A stretch of 64,000 nucleotides of DNA from Eubacteriales bacterium (lineage in GTDB: Bacteria > Bacillota > Clostridia > Oscillospirales > CAG-272), in NCBI GenBank assembly GCA_045542275.1, contig JAZQKP010000035.1:44746-108745 (forward strand), read 5' to 3'. The notes under the pieces are model-generated. The model saw nothing but the letters and a program-made list of their open reading frames with translations, made no database searches and was not told where the DNA came from. The translations under genes and the position numbers were made by a program. This document shows, piece by piece, positions 56,042 through 63,944 of the stretch. Numbering within the stretch: the first letter of the stretch is position 1; each line of letters starts with the position of its first letter.

Positions 56042-57420
56042 TGAATCAAAAACTTGTTATTCAAGAATCATTTTTCAAAGCATTGAGCAATCCCAAAAAC
56101 CTCCCTGTTCTTCACGAAAATGGTTATAATGGAGCACACGATTTTTTGAGAGCAATCATAGAAAAACTAAACGAAGAATTTAGTTTTTTAGAAATATCAA
56201 ATTATAGATTTCCTGTTTCTCAAGAAGAAAAAACCACATATAGTCAATATGGGGCATTTGTTGATGGAGATGTTTCTCCATATAAAAAAGTGTGTGTTTT
56301 CTTTACACCCATTTTATCAAAGGTTGGTAATGTAGTTATAGAACAAAGTCTTATGCCAACGATTTGCAATCAAATGGAAGAAGATGTAAACTTCTTGCTT
56401 GACGAACAATACAAAAAAATAGTGTTGCTAACTTCTAAAATCAACAAAGAAAACCAAGTAGACATCAAATACAACAAAATGCAAATGGACATAAATAGCC
56501 TAAACACCTTGGGATTTGATGTTATTCCTTTCTTTCCTATAAAGAACCTATCCACAGACACAAAATTCAATTCACTTACAGAATATATGGATATGTCTGA
56601 TTTCTTGCAAAAAAAGGCTCTTTCAAATGCACAAGTTGAGTATTTGCGTTTAGAAAAAGACACCTTGTATGGTTATTGTGAACTCTCTCAATGGGAGGGG
56701 GAGTTTCCCAAATCCTTTTGTTTTAGATTTCTTTCTGCGATTTTTTCAGGAAAAAACGATTACAAATACAATATAGATAAAGTTGTTTCAAAAATAGGAA
56801 AATTAGATAATCAGTTGGCAAACTTGAAAAAATTTGTTGACCACATTTCTAAAACTATTATAAAACAAAACCTTGTTGTTGTTCCAACAGACGAAGACAC
56901 AGTTGATAGTGATGACGAAATAAGCGACATTTATGACATCAACAGAAAGCCTGAAAAGGCACTTGATGGAACAGGAAGAAAGAGATACAAAACTCAAAAG
57001 AAAATAAGGGATTTTGTTTTAGAGCAATATCAATATGTTTGTGATTGTGATGACATAAAACACTTTTATTTTGAATCTGCTGATTTGCACAACTATGTTG
57101 AAGGACATCATATAGTGCCTATGAATAGGCAAGAAGAATATTATTTTGACAGTAATGTGAACTTGGATATTCCAAACAATATAATTCCTCTATGTCCTAA
57201 TTGTCATTGCCAAATTCATTTAGGAAGCAGACAAGCAAGAATCAAAATAATAAGTGAACTTTTTGTTAGAAACAAAGCGAAACTTCTTTCATTCAATCCA
57301 AATCTAACACTATCAATTTTGGCCTCATATTACAATATTGGTATGACAGACGAAGAAGCAAATGATTGGATAAAAAGAGCAACAAAAATTATTGAACAAA
57401 AAGCATCCTCAAAAACATAA
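56041..57420 (+). CDS. putative restriction endonuclease: unknown N-terminal domain + C-terminal HNH nuclease
   Basis: ATG overlaps the methyltransferase stop (TGATG), with GGAGGA RBS. C-terminus has YVCDCDD...EGHHIVPMN...NNIIPLCPNCHCQIH (HNH with Cys-pair zinc site); terminator 57421..57450. Confidence 0.7.
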   Translation: MNQKLVIQESFFKALSNPKNLPVLHENGYNGAHDFLRAIIEKLNEEFSFLEISNYRFPVSQEEKTTYSQYGAFVDGDVSPYKKVCVFFTPILSKVGNVVIEQSLMPTICNQMEEDVNFLLDEQYKKIVLLTSKINKENQVDIKYNKMQMDINSLNTLGFDVIPFFPIKNLSTDTKFNSLTEYMDMSDFLQKKALSNAQVEYLRLEKDTLYGYCELSQWEGEFPKSFCFRFLSAIFSGKNDYKYNIDKVVSKIGKLDNQLANLKKFVDHISKTIIKQNLVVVPTDEDTVDSDDEISDIYDINRKPEKALDGTGRKRYKTQKKIRDFVLEQYQYVCDCDDIKHFYFESADLHNYVEGHHIVPMNRQEEYYFDSNVNLDIPNNIIPLCPNCHCQIHLGSRQARIKIISELFVRNKAKLLSFNPNLTLSILASYYNIGMTDEEANDWIKRATKIIEQKASSKT

Positions 57421-57450
57421 AGAGCAAGAAAATCTTGCTCTTTTCTTTTT
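57421..57450 (+). terminator. terminator of R-M operon
   Basis: AGAGCAAGA-AAA-TCTTGCTCT + TTTCTTTTTT. Confidence 0.75.
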
Positions 57451-57558
57451 TTATTTTACTAAATCAATGTATCTATAAATTGTTGGTCTGCTTATACCAC
57501 ACACTCTTGCAAACTCTGAAATGTTGAGTTGGCCATTCTTAAATGAAGTTGATAAAAC
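57451..57558 (-). pseudogene. relic of a resolvase/invertase-type C-terminal HTH (no start codon, 5' part missing)
   Basis: Minus-strand frame reads ...LSTSFKNGQLNISEFARVCGISRPTIYRYIDLVK*. It stays open back through repeat DR2 to an in-frame TAG, with no ATG/GTG/TTG. Confidence 0.4.
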
Positions 57559-57598
57559 AAAGACACTCCGTCGGATTTTTGCCGACGGAGTGCTTTTT
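57556..57598. terminator. terminator hairpin inside DR2 (serves rbr on minus strand)
   Basis: CACTCCGTCGG-loop-CCGACGGAGTG with T-rich tracts on both strands. Confidence 0.65.
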
Positions 57599-57644
57599 GG
57601 AGATTTTTTGTGAACAAGATTTATCTGAGCTTTGGAAACTCTAT
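57559..57644. repeat. DR2: 86-bp right direct repeat of R-M island
   Basis: See DR1. Confidence 0.9.
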
Positions 57645-57785
57645 GTAGCTTTCGCTACGTGATTAACTGATTTTAATGATTTGAATTACAGCCTTATGCT
57701 CTGCAGAGCAATTCATGGCAAAGATGATTTATGAGTTTTTTACTCAAATCATGCAACCGAAATGCTGCAATTCATTGCCGTTTTT
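57645..57785. repeat. array G in the rbr 3' UTR (words CAATTCAT / AATCAT(G))
   Basis: GTAGC-TTTC-GCTAC, ATGATTTATGAGT-TTTT-ACTCAAATCAT, GCAATTCATGGC and GCAATTCATTGC; shares the CAATTCAT word with array D. Confidence 0.65.
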
Positions 57786-57791
57786 AACGAC

Positions 57792-58334
57792 TTATTTAAA
57801 ATATCTCTTAAGAAGACCCTCAAATGCCTTGCCGTGGCGAGCCTCATCTCTTGCCATTTCATGAACTGTATCATGGATAGCATCAAGGTTAAGCTCCTTA
57901 GCTCTCTTTGCAAGGTCAAACTTGCCTGCTGTTGCGCCGTTTTCAGCGTCAACTCTCATTTCAAGATTCTTCTTTGTTGAGTCTGTTACTACCTCACCGA
58001 GAAGCTCTGCAAACTTTGCAGCATGCTCTGCCTCTTCCCAAGCTGCCTTTTCCCAGTAAAGACCGATTTCGGGATAGCCTTCTCTGTGAGCTACTCTAGC
58101 CATTGCGAGATACATACCAACCTCTGTGCATTCGCCCATATAGTTAGCACGAAGATCCTCAATAATATCCTCTCTTGCGCCCTGAGCAACGCCTACAACG
58201 TGCTCTGCTGCCCAAACCTTACCCTCTGCCTGAAGATTAAACTTCTCTGCAGGAACCTTGCACTGAGGGCATCTCTCGGGTGCGCTGTCTCCTTCGTGAA
58301 CATATCCGCATACTGAACATACATACTTTGCCAT
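57792..58334 (-). CDS. rbr: reverse rubrerythrin (N-terminal rubredoxin + ferritin-like diiron domain)
   Basis: [26 protein letters not shown] then ...EEAEHA...EARH diiron ligands. Confidence 0.85.
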   Translation of the reverse strand: MAKYVCSVCGYVHEGDSAPERCPQCKVPAEKFNLQAEGKVWAAEHVVGVAQGAREDIIEDLRANYMGECTEVGMYLAMARVAHREGYPEIGLYWEKAAWEEAEHAAKFAELLGEVVTDSTKKNLEMRVDAENGATAGKFDLAKRAKELNLDAIHDTVHEMARDEARHGKAFEGLLKRYFK

Positions 58335-58366
58335 AATAATTTACTCCTTTTATATTACATAATTTT

Positions 58367-58744
58367 TTATTTTGATTTGTTTTTTTTGCATTCTGCACAC
58401 ACGCCGTAAAGGACTGTGCGATGCTTTTCAATTGTGAAGCCTTGCTCCCTTACTGACTTAAAGTTCTGCTCTTCTTCATTGAAGTCATAAATCATACCGC
58501 AGCACTTACACACAAAGTGCGTGTGGGGAATTACATATCCGTCATAGTAAATGCTTCTGTTTTCCGTCTCTACGGTAATGATTTCTCCGTCCTCTACCAG
58601 CTTACCTAAGTTTCTGTAAACGGTACCAAGACTTATATTCGGAATTTTCAACCTTACGGCATCATAGATTTCTACCGCATTGAAGTGAGCACGCCTTGAA
58701 CGCAGGAAGGAAAGAATCTCTTCACGCTGATGCGTGTTTCTCAT
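58367..58744 (-). CDS. Fur-family regulator (PerR-like)
   Basis: ...ISLGTVYRNLGKLVEDGEI...HTHFVCKCCG...CAECK; immediately upstream of rbr. Confidence 0.8.
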   Translation of the reverse strand: MRNTHQREEILSFLRSRRAHFNAVEIYDAVRLKIPNISLGTVYRNLGKLVEDGEIITVETENRSIYYDGYVIPHTHFVCKCCGMIYDFNEEEQNFKSVREQGFTIEKHRTVLYGVCAECKKNKSK

Positions 58745-58760
58745 GTTTGGTCTCCTTATC

Positions 58761-58779
58761 AGTAATAATTCCTATTACT
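58761..58779. promoter_or_regulatory. candidate Fur/PerR box AGTAATA-ATTCC-TATTACT upstream of perR-rbr
   Basis: 7-bp inverted repeat 17 nt upstream of the perR start codon. Confidence 0.35.
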
Positions 58780-58903
58780 ATATTAGCAGAAGAAATCTAT
58801 TTTGTCAATACCTTTTTTCAAAAAAATAAAAAAATTTTTGAAAAAAATAAAAATCGGCTGCTCCACCACGTGAAACAACCGGTTTTCTTCCTTATTTATA
58901 TAG

Positions 58904-59029
58904 TTATTCCTTACATTCGTCCCCGTCACAGCACATTTTCTTGTCAGAACGGGCAGAAACAAGCTTGACTATAGCTAAAGCACCCAAAATCGCCAAGCCC
59001 ATAGCTGCTACTATATCGCAAAGCAGCAT
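58904..59029 (-). CDS. small Cys-rich membrane protein (FeoB-associated-like, tentative)
   Basis: AAGGAG 6 nt upstream of internal ATG 59029 gives MLLCDIVAAMGLAILGALAIVKLVSARSDKKMCCDGDECKE (1 TM + Cys-rich tail). The 100-aa track ORF (to 59206) has no RBS. Confidence 0.4.
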   Translation of the reverse strand: MLLCDIVAAMGLAILGALAIVKLVSARSDKKMCCDGDECKE

Positions 59030-59421
59030 ATCCATCTCCTTTTTACAGATGTAGCACCCTCTTTTGCTGCCTGTATAGCCCCCAAAAGCCATGTTTTTGG
59101 CGATTTTCCCTCTTTGACCGTTAGTAACCTTGATGCAGGACATAAAGCCTAATTTAATATGAGTACGCTCCGGAGAGGAACGAAAATTTTCTATCATTTC
59201 AATCATATATATACTCCTTTTATTATATTTTTACCGACAGATAAGTATTTAATACTATTAATTCCTTTCCGAATTGACATATAGCTTACATTTCTTCCAT
59301 TTATTTCCATTTTATATCAGCGCAAAAAGACAATATTTACGGTCGGGAAATGGTAAAATAGGGTCGGAAATGAAAAATACAGGGGTTACCCGAAGAAAAG
59401 GCAAAATGCCAAAGGAGGAAT

Positions 59422-60243
59422 ATGAAAATTTACTATCAGAAGGCGCCCGAGGAAAAGGGTGACGTAATCTTCTCTATCGAAACAAGGAAAATCAGCGCAA
59501 ATCCAAATCAGCCACGCAAGATATTCAGCGATGATGCAATAATCAAGCTGGCAGACAGTATTCGCCAATACGGAATGATTCAGCCCATTACAGTACGCAA
59601 AATCGGTGAAGAATTTGAGCTTGTATCCGGCGAAAGACGTCTGAGGGCTGCAAAAGAGCTTGGAATGGACTATGTTCCTTGTATTATAATGGATATAAAC
59701 GAGGAAAAATCTGCAGAAATTTCAATAATCGAAAATTTAATTCGTGAGGACCTCAATATTTTTGAGCAAGCCCATGCAATTGAAACATTAATTGATACAT
59801 ACAATCTTACCCAAGAGGAAATCGCACAAAAATTAAGCAACAGTCAGTCCTTTATAGCGAACAAGCTGCGGCTTCTTCGCCTGTCAAGCTCCGAAAGAGA
59901 GAAAATTCTTAAAAACAACCTTACAGAGCGCCACGCTAGAGCATTACTCAGAGTATATGATACTACTCTGCGTGAAAAACTTCTTGACCAAATCATTGAA
60001 GAAGGCTTAAATGTGGGAAAAACAGAGGATTTAATCGAAAAAATCGTTATAAAAGATGAAAATCATTCAACAAGGCGAAAAAATTCATATAAAGACGTGC
60101 GTTCTTTCTATTCCGCTATCGACCGAGCAATTGAAAACGTAAAAAACTCCGGTGTCAATATAAAAAGCAGACGTGTTGAAAACGATGACTATGTGGAGCT
60201 GACAATTTTAGTTCCAAAGGATAAGGCTCTTATTGAAGCATAA
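59422..60243 (+). CDS. ParB-family protein (Noc-like paralog)
   Basis: ...NPNQPRKIFSDDAIIKLADSIRQYGMIQPITVRK...SGERRLRAAKELG...; AAGGAGG RBS. Confidence 0.8.
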   Translation: MKIYYQKAPEEKGDVIFSIETRKISANPNQPRKIFSDDAIIKLADSIRQYGMIQPITVRKIGEEFELVSGERRLRAAKELGMDYVPCIIMDINEEKSAEISIIENLIREDLNIFEQAHAIETLIDTYNLTQEEIAQKLSNSQSFIANKLRLLRLSSSEREKILKNNLTERHARALLRVYDTTLREKLLDQIIEEGLNVGKTEDLIEKIVIKDENHSTRRKNSYKDVRSFYSAIDRAIENVKNSGVNIKSRRVENDDYVELTILVPKDKALIEA

Positions 60244-60259
60244 TGTTTCACGTGAAACA
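60244..60259. promoter_or_regulatory. parS site TGTTTCACGTGAAACA (perfect palindrome)
   Basis: Matches the Firmicutes parS consensus TGTTNCACGTGAAACA; starts 1 nt after the noc-like stop. Confidence 0.85.
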
Positions 60260-60283
60260 AAAATTTATTATACAAATTGCAAT

Positions 60284-60299
60284 TGTTTCACGTGAAACA
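60284..60299. promoter_or_regulatory. parS site TGTTTCACGTGAAACA (perfect palindrome)
   Basis: Identical 16-mer. Confidence 0.85.
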
Positions 60300-60402
60300 A
60301 TTCGCAAAATGCGACATTTTTCGATTTTTAAAAAAGTTGTCCACAAAGTTTTCCACGGGGTAACCAAACGGTTGTTGAAAACCCTAATACACATCGCAAT
60401 AT

Positions 60403-60442
60403 GCCAAAAACCCTTGATTTTATTGGGTTTTTGGCGTTTTTT
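60403..60442 (+). terminator. terminator after noc-like gene
   Basis: GCCAAAAACCC-(11 nt)-GGGTTTTTGGC + GTTTTTT. Confidence 0.7.
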
Positions 60443-60586
60443 ATTAATTTTTAGAGCTTAAATCATCAAGTATATTCTGTGTGTAAAATGAGTTAAAAAA
60501 TTTAGGGTGTGGAAAACTTTCGGGTTTTATAAAACAAAATGTGACATATTTCGATAAACAAACTTCACATTAAAATTTGTATGCTC

Positions 60587-60602
60587 TGTTTCACGTGAAG
60601 CA
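60587..60602. promoter_or_regulatory. parS-like site TGTTTCACGTGAAGCA (15/16)
   Basis: One mismatch to the palindrome. Confidence 0.7.
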
Positions 60603-60625
60603 ATTTTAATGCAAAAATTTCACAA

Positions 60626-60641
60626 CGTTTCACGTGAAACA
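60626..60641. promoter_or_regulatory. parS-like site CGTTTCACGTGAAACA (15/16)
   Basis: One mismatch to the palindrome. Confidence 0.7.
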
Positions 60642-60735
60642 AAATATTTTTGAAATTTACATATTTGGTATTGATTTAATTGACTAAATATGATATACTT
60701 TTATTACAAAAATTTATAATAAGGTTGGTAAAACG

Positions 60736-61512
60736 ATGTCTTATGTTATCTCTTTCGCCAACCAAAAAGGTGGCGTAGGTAAAACTACTTCCGCAGTAAA
60801 TGTTGCTACATATTTAGCCGTTTTAAAGAAAAACGTGCTTTTAATAGATTTAGACCCTCAAGGAAGTGCTACAAGTGGCGTTGGTGTGAAAAAAAGCACG
60901 GCTACTTACACCTCATACGAGGTTTTAATCGGTGAATGCGATATTTTTGACGCAATAATTCCCACATCATACAAAAATTTGTCCGTTATTGCATCAAATG
61001 TATCTCTGGCAGCAGCAGATTTTGAGCTTATATCTGAAAAAGAGAGAGAATATTTTCTTAAGGAACAGATAGACAAGCTTAAAAAAGACGGAAGATATGA
61101 CTACATTATTATAGATTGCCCACCGTCCTTAGGAATTACCACAATCAATGCGCTTACTGCAAGCAACGGCATAATTTTGCCCATACAGTGCGAATATTAC
61201 GCACTTGAGGGCTTATCTCAGCTTATGTCTACTATAAAACGTATTAAAAATAACTATAATCCCAGACTTTTTGTAGTGGGAATTCTTGTTACTATGTTTA
61301 ATTCACGTTTAAAGCTGTCAAATCAGGTGTATGCAGAGCTGAAAAAGTATTATGACGAGAAGCTTTTCAGAACAAAAATTTCAAGAAGTGTTGCTTTAAG
61401 TGAGGCGCCAAGCTACGGTGAGCCTATCTATTATTACGCACGTTATTCAAAGGGAAGCCTTGAATACGAGGACGTAGCGAAAGAAATTTTAGAAAGAACA
61501 GAATTATTTTAA
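60736..61512 (+). CDS. parA: ParA/Soj chromosome-partitioning ATPase
   Basis: Deviant Walker A ANQKGGVGKTT. Confidence 0.9.
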   Translation: MSYVISFANQKGGVGKTTSAVNVATYLAVLKKNVLLIDLDPQGSATSGVGVKKSTATYTSYEVLIGECDIFDAIIPTSYKNLSVIASNVSLAAADFELISEKEREYFLKEQIDKLKKDGRYDYIIIDCPPSLGITTINALTASNGIILPIQCEYYALEGLSQLMSTIKRIKNNYNPRLFVVGILVTMFNSRLKLSNQVYAELKKYYDEKLFRTKISRSVALSEAPSYGEPIYYYARYSKGSLEYEDVAKEILERTELF

Positions 61513-61527
61513 GAGGAGGTTTAAAAT

Positions 61528-62442
61528 ATGGCACTTAAAAGAGGTCTTGGCAAGGGACTTGAGTCCATTTTTGCCGACAATTACAGCCCGGTTGAAAAGG
61601 TTGCAGCCGTTTCAGCTAAAAAAGATGGTGTAAGTACCATAAGAATCTCGGAAATCGAGCCTAAGAACGATCAGCCGAGAAAATATTTTGACGAGGAATC
61701 CTTAGAGCAGCTTTCTGCATCTATTTCAGAGCACGGATTACTTCAGCCTATTATCGTTCGTGAGAGTGTAGGCGGTTTTTATCAGATTATTGCAGGTGAG
61801 CGCCGTTGGAGAGCATCCAAAATGGCAGGTCTTACCGAAATCCCCGCAATTGTTATGGAGGCCGATGAGCTTAAGGCAGCCGAAATCGCAATTATTGAGA
61901 ATGTACAGAGAGATAACCTTAACGCATACGAAGAGGCACAGGCTTATGCCTCACTTATGAACGAATTCAGCCTTACTCAGGAGGAGGTTGCCGCTAAGGT
62001 AAACAAGTCCAGAAGCGCAATTGCCAACACCATGCGTCTTCTTGACCTTCCCGATGAGGTTTTGGAGCTTCTCAGATCCGGAGATATCTCTGCCGGCCAC
62101 GCAAGAGCTTTGCTCGGCCTTAAGGACAAGGAAATAATTGTTGACACAGCCCACAAAATCCTTATTCGCTCCCTTTCTGTACGTGATACAGAGGCACTTG
62201 TTAAGAAACTCAACAAAATTTACGAGGCTTCTCTCAAGGGAGAGGACGAGGATACAGTTGACGAGGAGTTAGTTGTTGACTATATCAAGGATTTAGAGAG
62301 AAAAGCAATGACACTTACAGGTAAGCAGATTAAAATTCAGAATAAGGGTAAGTGCCGTATGGTGCAGATTGAGTACGTTGACAACGAGGACCTTGAGGAC
62401 ATTCTTGTTAAGCTTTGCGGTAATAAAATTACCGAGGAGTAA
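61528..62442 (+). CDS. parB: ParB/Spo0J chromosome-partitioning protein
   Basis: ...PKNDQPRKYFDEESLEQLSASISEHGLLQPIIVR...AGERRWRASKMAG... Confidence 0.9.
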   Translation: MALKRGLGKGLESIFADNYSPVEKVAAVSAKKDGVSTIRISEIEPKNDQPRKYFDEESLEQLSASISEHGLLQPIIVRESVGGFYQIIAGERRWRASKMAGLTEIPAIVMEADELKAAEIAIIENVQRDNLNAYEEAQAYASLMNEFSLTQEEVAAKVNKSRSAIANTMRLLDLPDEVLELLRSGDISAGHARALLGLKDKEIIVDTAHKILIRSLSVRDTEALVKKLNKIYEASLKGEDEDTVDEELVVDYIKDLERKAMTLTGKQIKIQNKGKCRMVQIEYVDNEDLEDILVKLCGNKITEE

Positions 62443-62445
62443 GAT

Positions 62446-63039
62446 ATGCTTTTATTTGATAACACAGCGTCCCTTGGCGGACTTATATCCCTCAAGGCGG
62501 CGATTTATTCTATTGCAGCAGGCGTATTTCTCGCAATTTTTGCCTACTGGTTCTTACAGAATGTAGTCGGAAAGCTTGTTCGCAGAATCGCAAAAAGGGC
62601 AGTCGGCGAGGAAAACGCAAAGACTCTTGATGAGCTTAGCCGCAATAACTGGCTATACAGATATCTTTTAAGGGACAATTCAACCTTAAGACGTCTTATT
62701 TCCTGTGTAGGCGACACTCTTCCAAGAATAACAGATAAGGAAGAGGGCTCCGTTCTTGATGCTATAGCTGAAGAAAGCAAGGCTGAGGACAAGGACGAGG
62801 TTAAGGCTACACTTGTAGAAGCCCAGCCTGAAAAAAAGAACCCCTTTAAAAAGCAGCCCCCTGCTGATTTTACAAGGGCGAAATTCTATTGCACAGAGGA
62901 AAACGCAAAGAAGGCACTCCACCGTTATCCCAAGAAGGTAAGCTTCTTATGGGTAGTGCTTGCCTTTGTTCTGGCAGTAGTAATTGCCGTTGCAGCAACA
63001 TATTTCCTCCCCATAATACTTGGTCTTTTCAATAAATAA
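62446..63039 (+). CDS. hypothetical membrane protein (TM helices at both ends)
   Basis: 197-aa ORF 3 nt after parB; no family recognised. Confidence 0.45.
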   Translation: MLLFDNTASLGGLISLKAAIYSIAAGVFLAIFAYWFLQNVVGKLVRRIAKRAVGEENAKTLDELSRNNWLYRYLLRDNSTLRRLISCVGDTLPRITDKEEGSVLDAIAEESKAEDKDEVKATLVEAQPEKKNPFKKQPPADFTRAKFYCTEENAKKALHRYPKKVSFLWVVLAFVLAVVIAVAATYFLPIILGLFNK

Positions 63040-63044
63040 CCAAA

Positions 63045-63072
63045 AGCCTCCCTTTGCACAAGGGAGGCTTTG
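63045..63072 (+). terminator. hairpin after hypothetical membrane gene (weak T-run)
   Basis: AGCCTCCCTT-TGCAC-AAGGGAGGCT + TTTG. Confidence 0.45.
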
Positions 63073-63177
63073 AATGCGTACAATCTTAGGAGTAGGAGCT
63101 TTGCCCTGCACCTTTGTGATACAAAGGCGAAACCGATAATAAGCAGAACAATAAATAAGAATTTGACGAGGTTTATA

Positions 63178-63861
63178 ATGAAAGATGAGTGTTTGATTTG
63201 CGGTGCGCCGCTGAAATATTTAGAAGATGATGAGCTGATGGAATGCGCCATCTGCCACAAAAAAGAAAATAGCAAAACAGCTTGCGTAAACGGTCATTAC
63301 GTATGTAACGAATGCCACACGCAAGGAATGGACAGTATTATTGGCGTATGCCTTGCGGAAAGCTCGAAGAATCCTATCGAGATCATTCAAAAGCTGATGG
63401 CTCTGCCGTTCTGCCATATGCACGGCCCCGAACATCACGTGATGGTAGGTTCGGCATTGCTTACTGCATATAAGAACGCAGGCGGTGATATTGATCTTGT
63501 AAAAGCACTCTCCGAGATGCAGGTGCGTGGAAGAAAAGTTCCCGGCGGTGCTTGCGGATTTTGGGGAGCTTGCGGTGCAGGCGTGAGTGCCGGAATGTTC
63601 GTGTCTATTGTGACAGGCTCGACACCTCTTGCAAACGAAGCGTTGGGATTATCAAATAAGATGACATCTTCCGCACTTGGTGCAGTTGGTGAAGTCGGCG
63701 GCCCCCGTTGCTGTAAGCGCGATTCCTACATATCCATCATCAAAGCCGTGGAGTTTTCAAAGGAATACCTTGGCGTTGAAATGGAGCTTGATAAAATTAA
63801 GTGTGTACATTCGGCACAAAACAATCAATGCATTGAAAAAAGATGTCCCTTCTACGCTTAA
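63178..63861 (+). CDS. Cys-rich zinc-ribbon protein (DUF5714-like, tentative)
   Basis: MKDECLICGAPLKYLEDDELMECAICHKKENSKTACVNGHYVCNECH...; start moved to ATG 63178. Confidence 0.5.
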   Translation: MKDECLICGAPLKYLEDDELMECAICHKKENSKTACVNGHYVCNECHTQGMDSIIGVCLAESSKNPIEIIQKLMALPFCHMHGPEHHVMVGSALLTAYKNAGGDIDLVKALSEMQVRGRKVPGGACGFWGACGAGVSAGMFVSIVTGSTPLANEALGLSNKMTSSALGAVGEVGGPRCCKRDSYISIIKAVEFSKEYLGVEMELDKIKCVHSAQNNQCIEKRCPFYA

Positions 63862-63915
63862 CTAACAAATTCCAATTTGTCCTGTAGATAGCGACGGTAG
63901 TTGTTGTGTAAACTA

Positions 63916-63944
63916 TTGACACAAACATCAAAATATGATATAAT
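63916..63944 (+). promoter_or_regulatory. consensus promoter TTGACA-17-TATAAT; transcript runs off-window
   Basis: Read directly; downstream hairpin AAGGAACCAG...TTGGTTCCTT at 63964..64000. Confidence 0.6.

Larger units (their letters stand above)
53761..57644 (+). mobile_element. AT-rich genomic island carrying a putative Type II(S)-like R-M system, no intact recombinase
   Basis: Direct repeats at both ends, abrupt drop in G+C and change of codon style, recombinase-HTH relic at the right end. Confidence 0.65.

Noticed and set aside
58865-58880. Fifth parS site (TCCACCACGTGAAACA)
   Set aside because: Only the right half-site matches (about 12/16), so it was not counted.
60243-60461. 72-aa ORF MFHVKQKF...
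   Set aside because: It starts inside a parS palindrome, crosses a second parS and a terminator, and has no RBS.
60300-60560. Replication origin (oriC)
   Set aside because: Only three imperfect DnaA-box-like 9-mers are present, with no dnaA/dnaN gene and no obvious AT-rich unwinding element with 13-mers. It is more likely a parAB regulatory/parS region.
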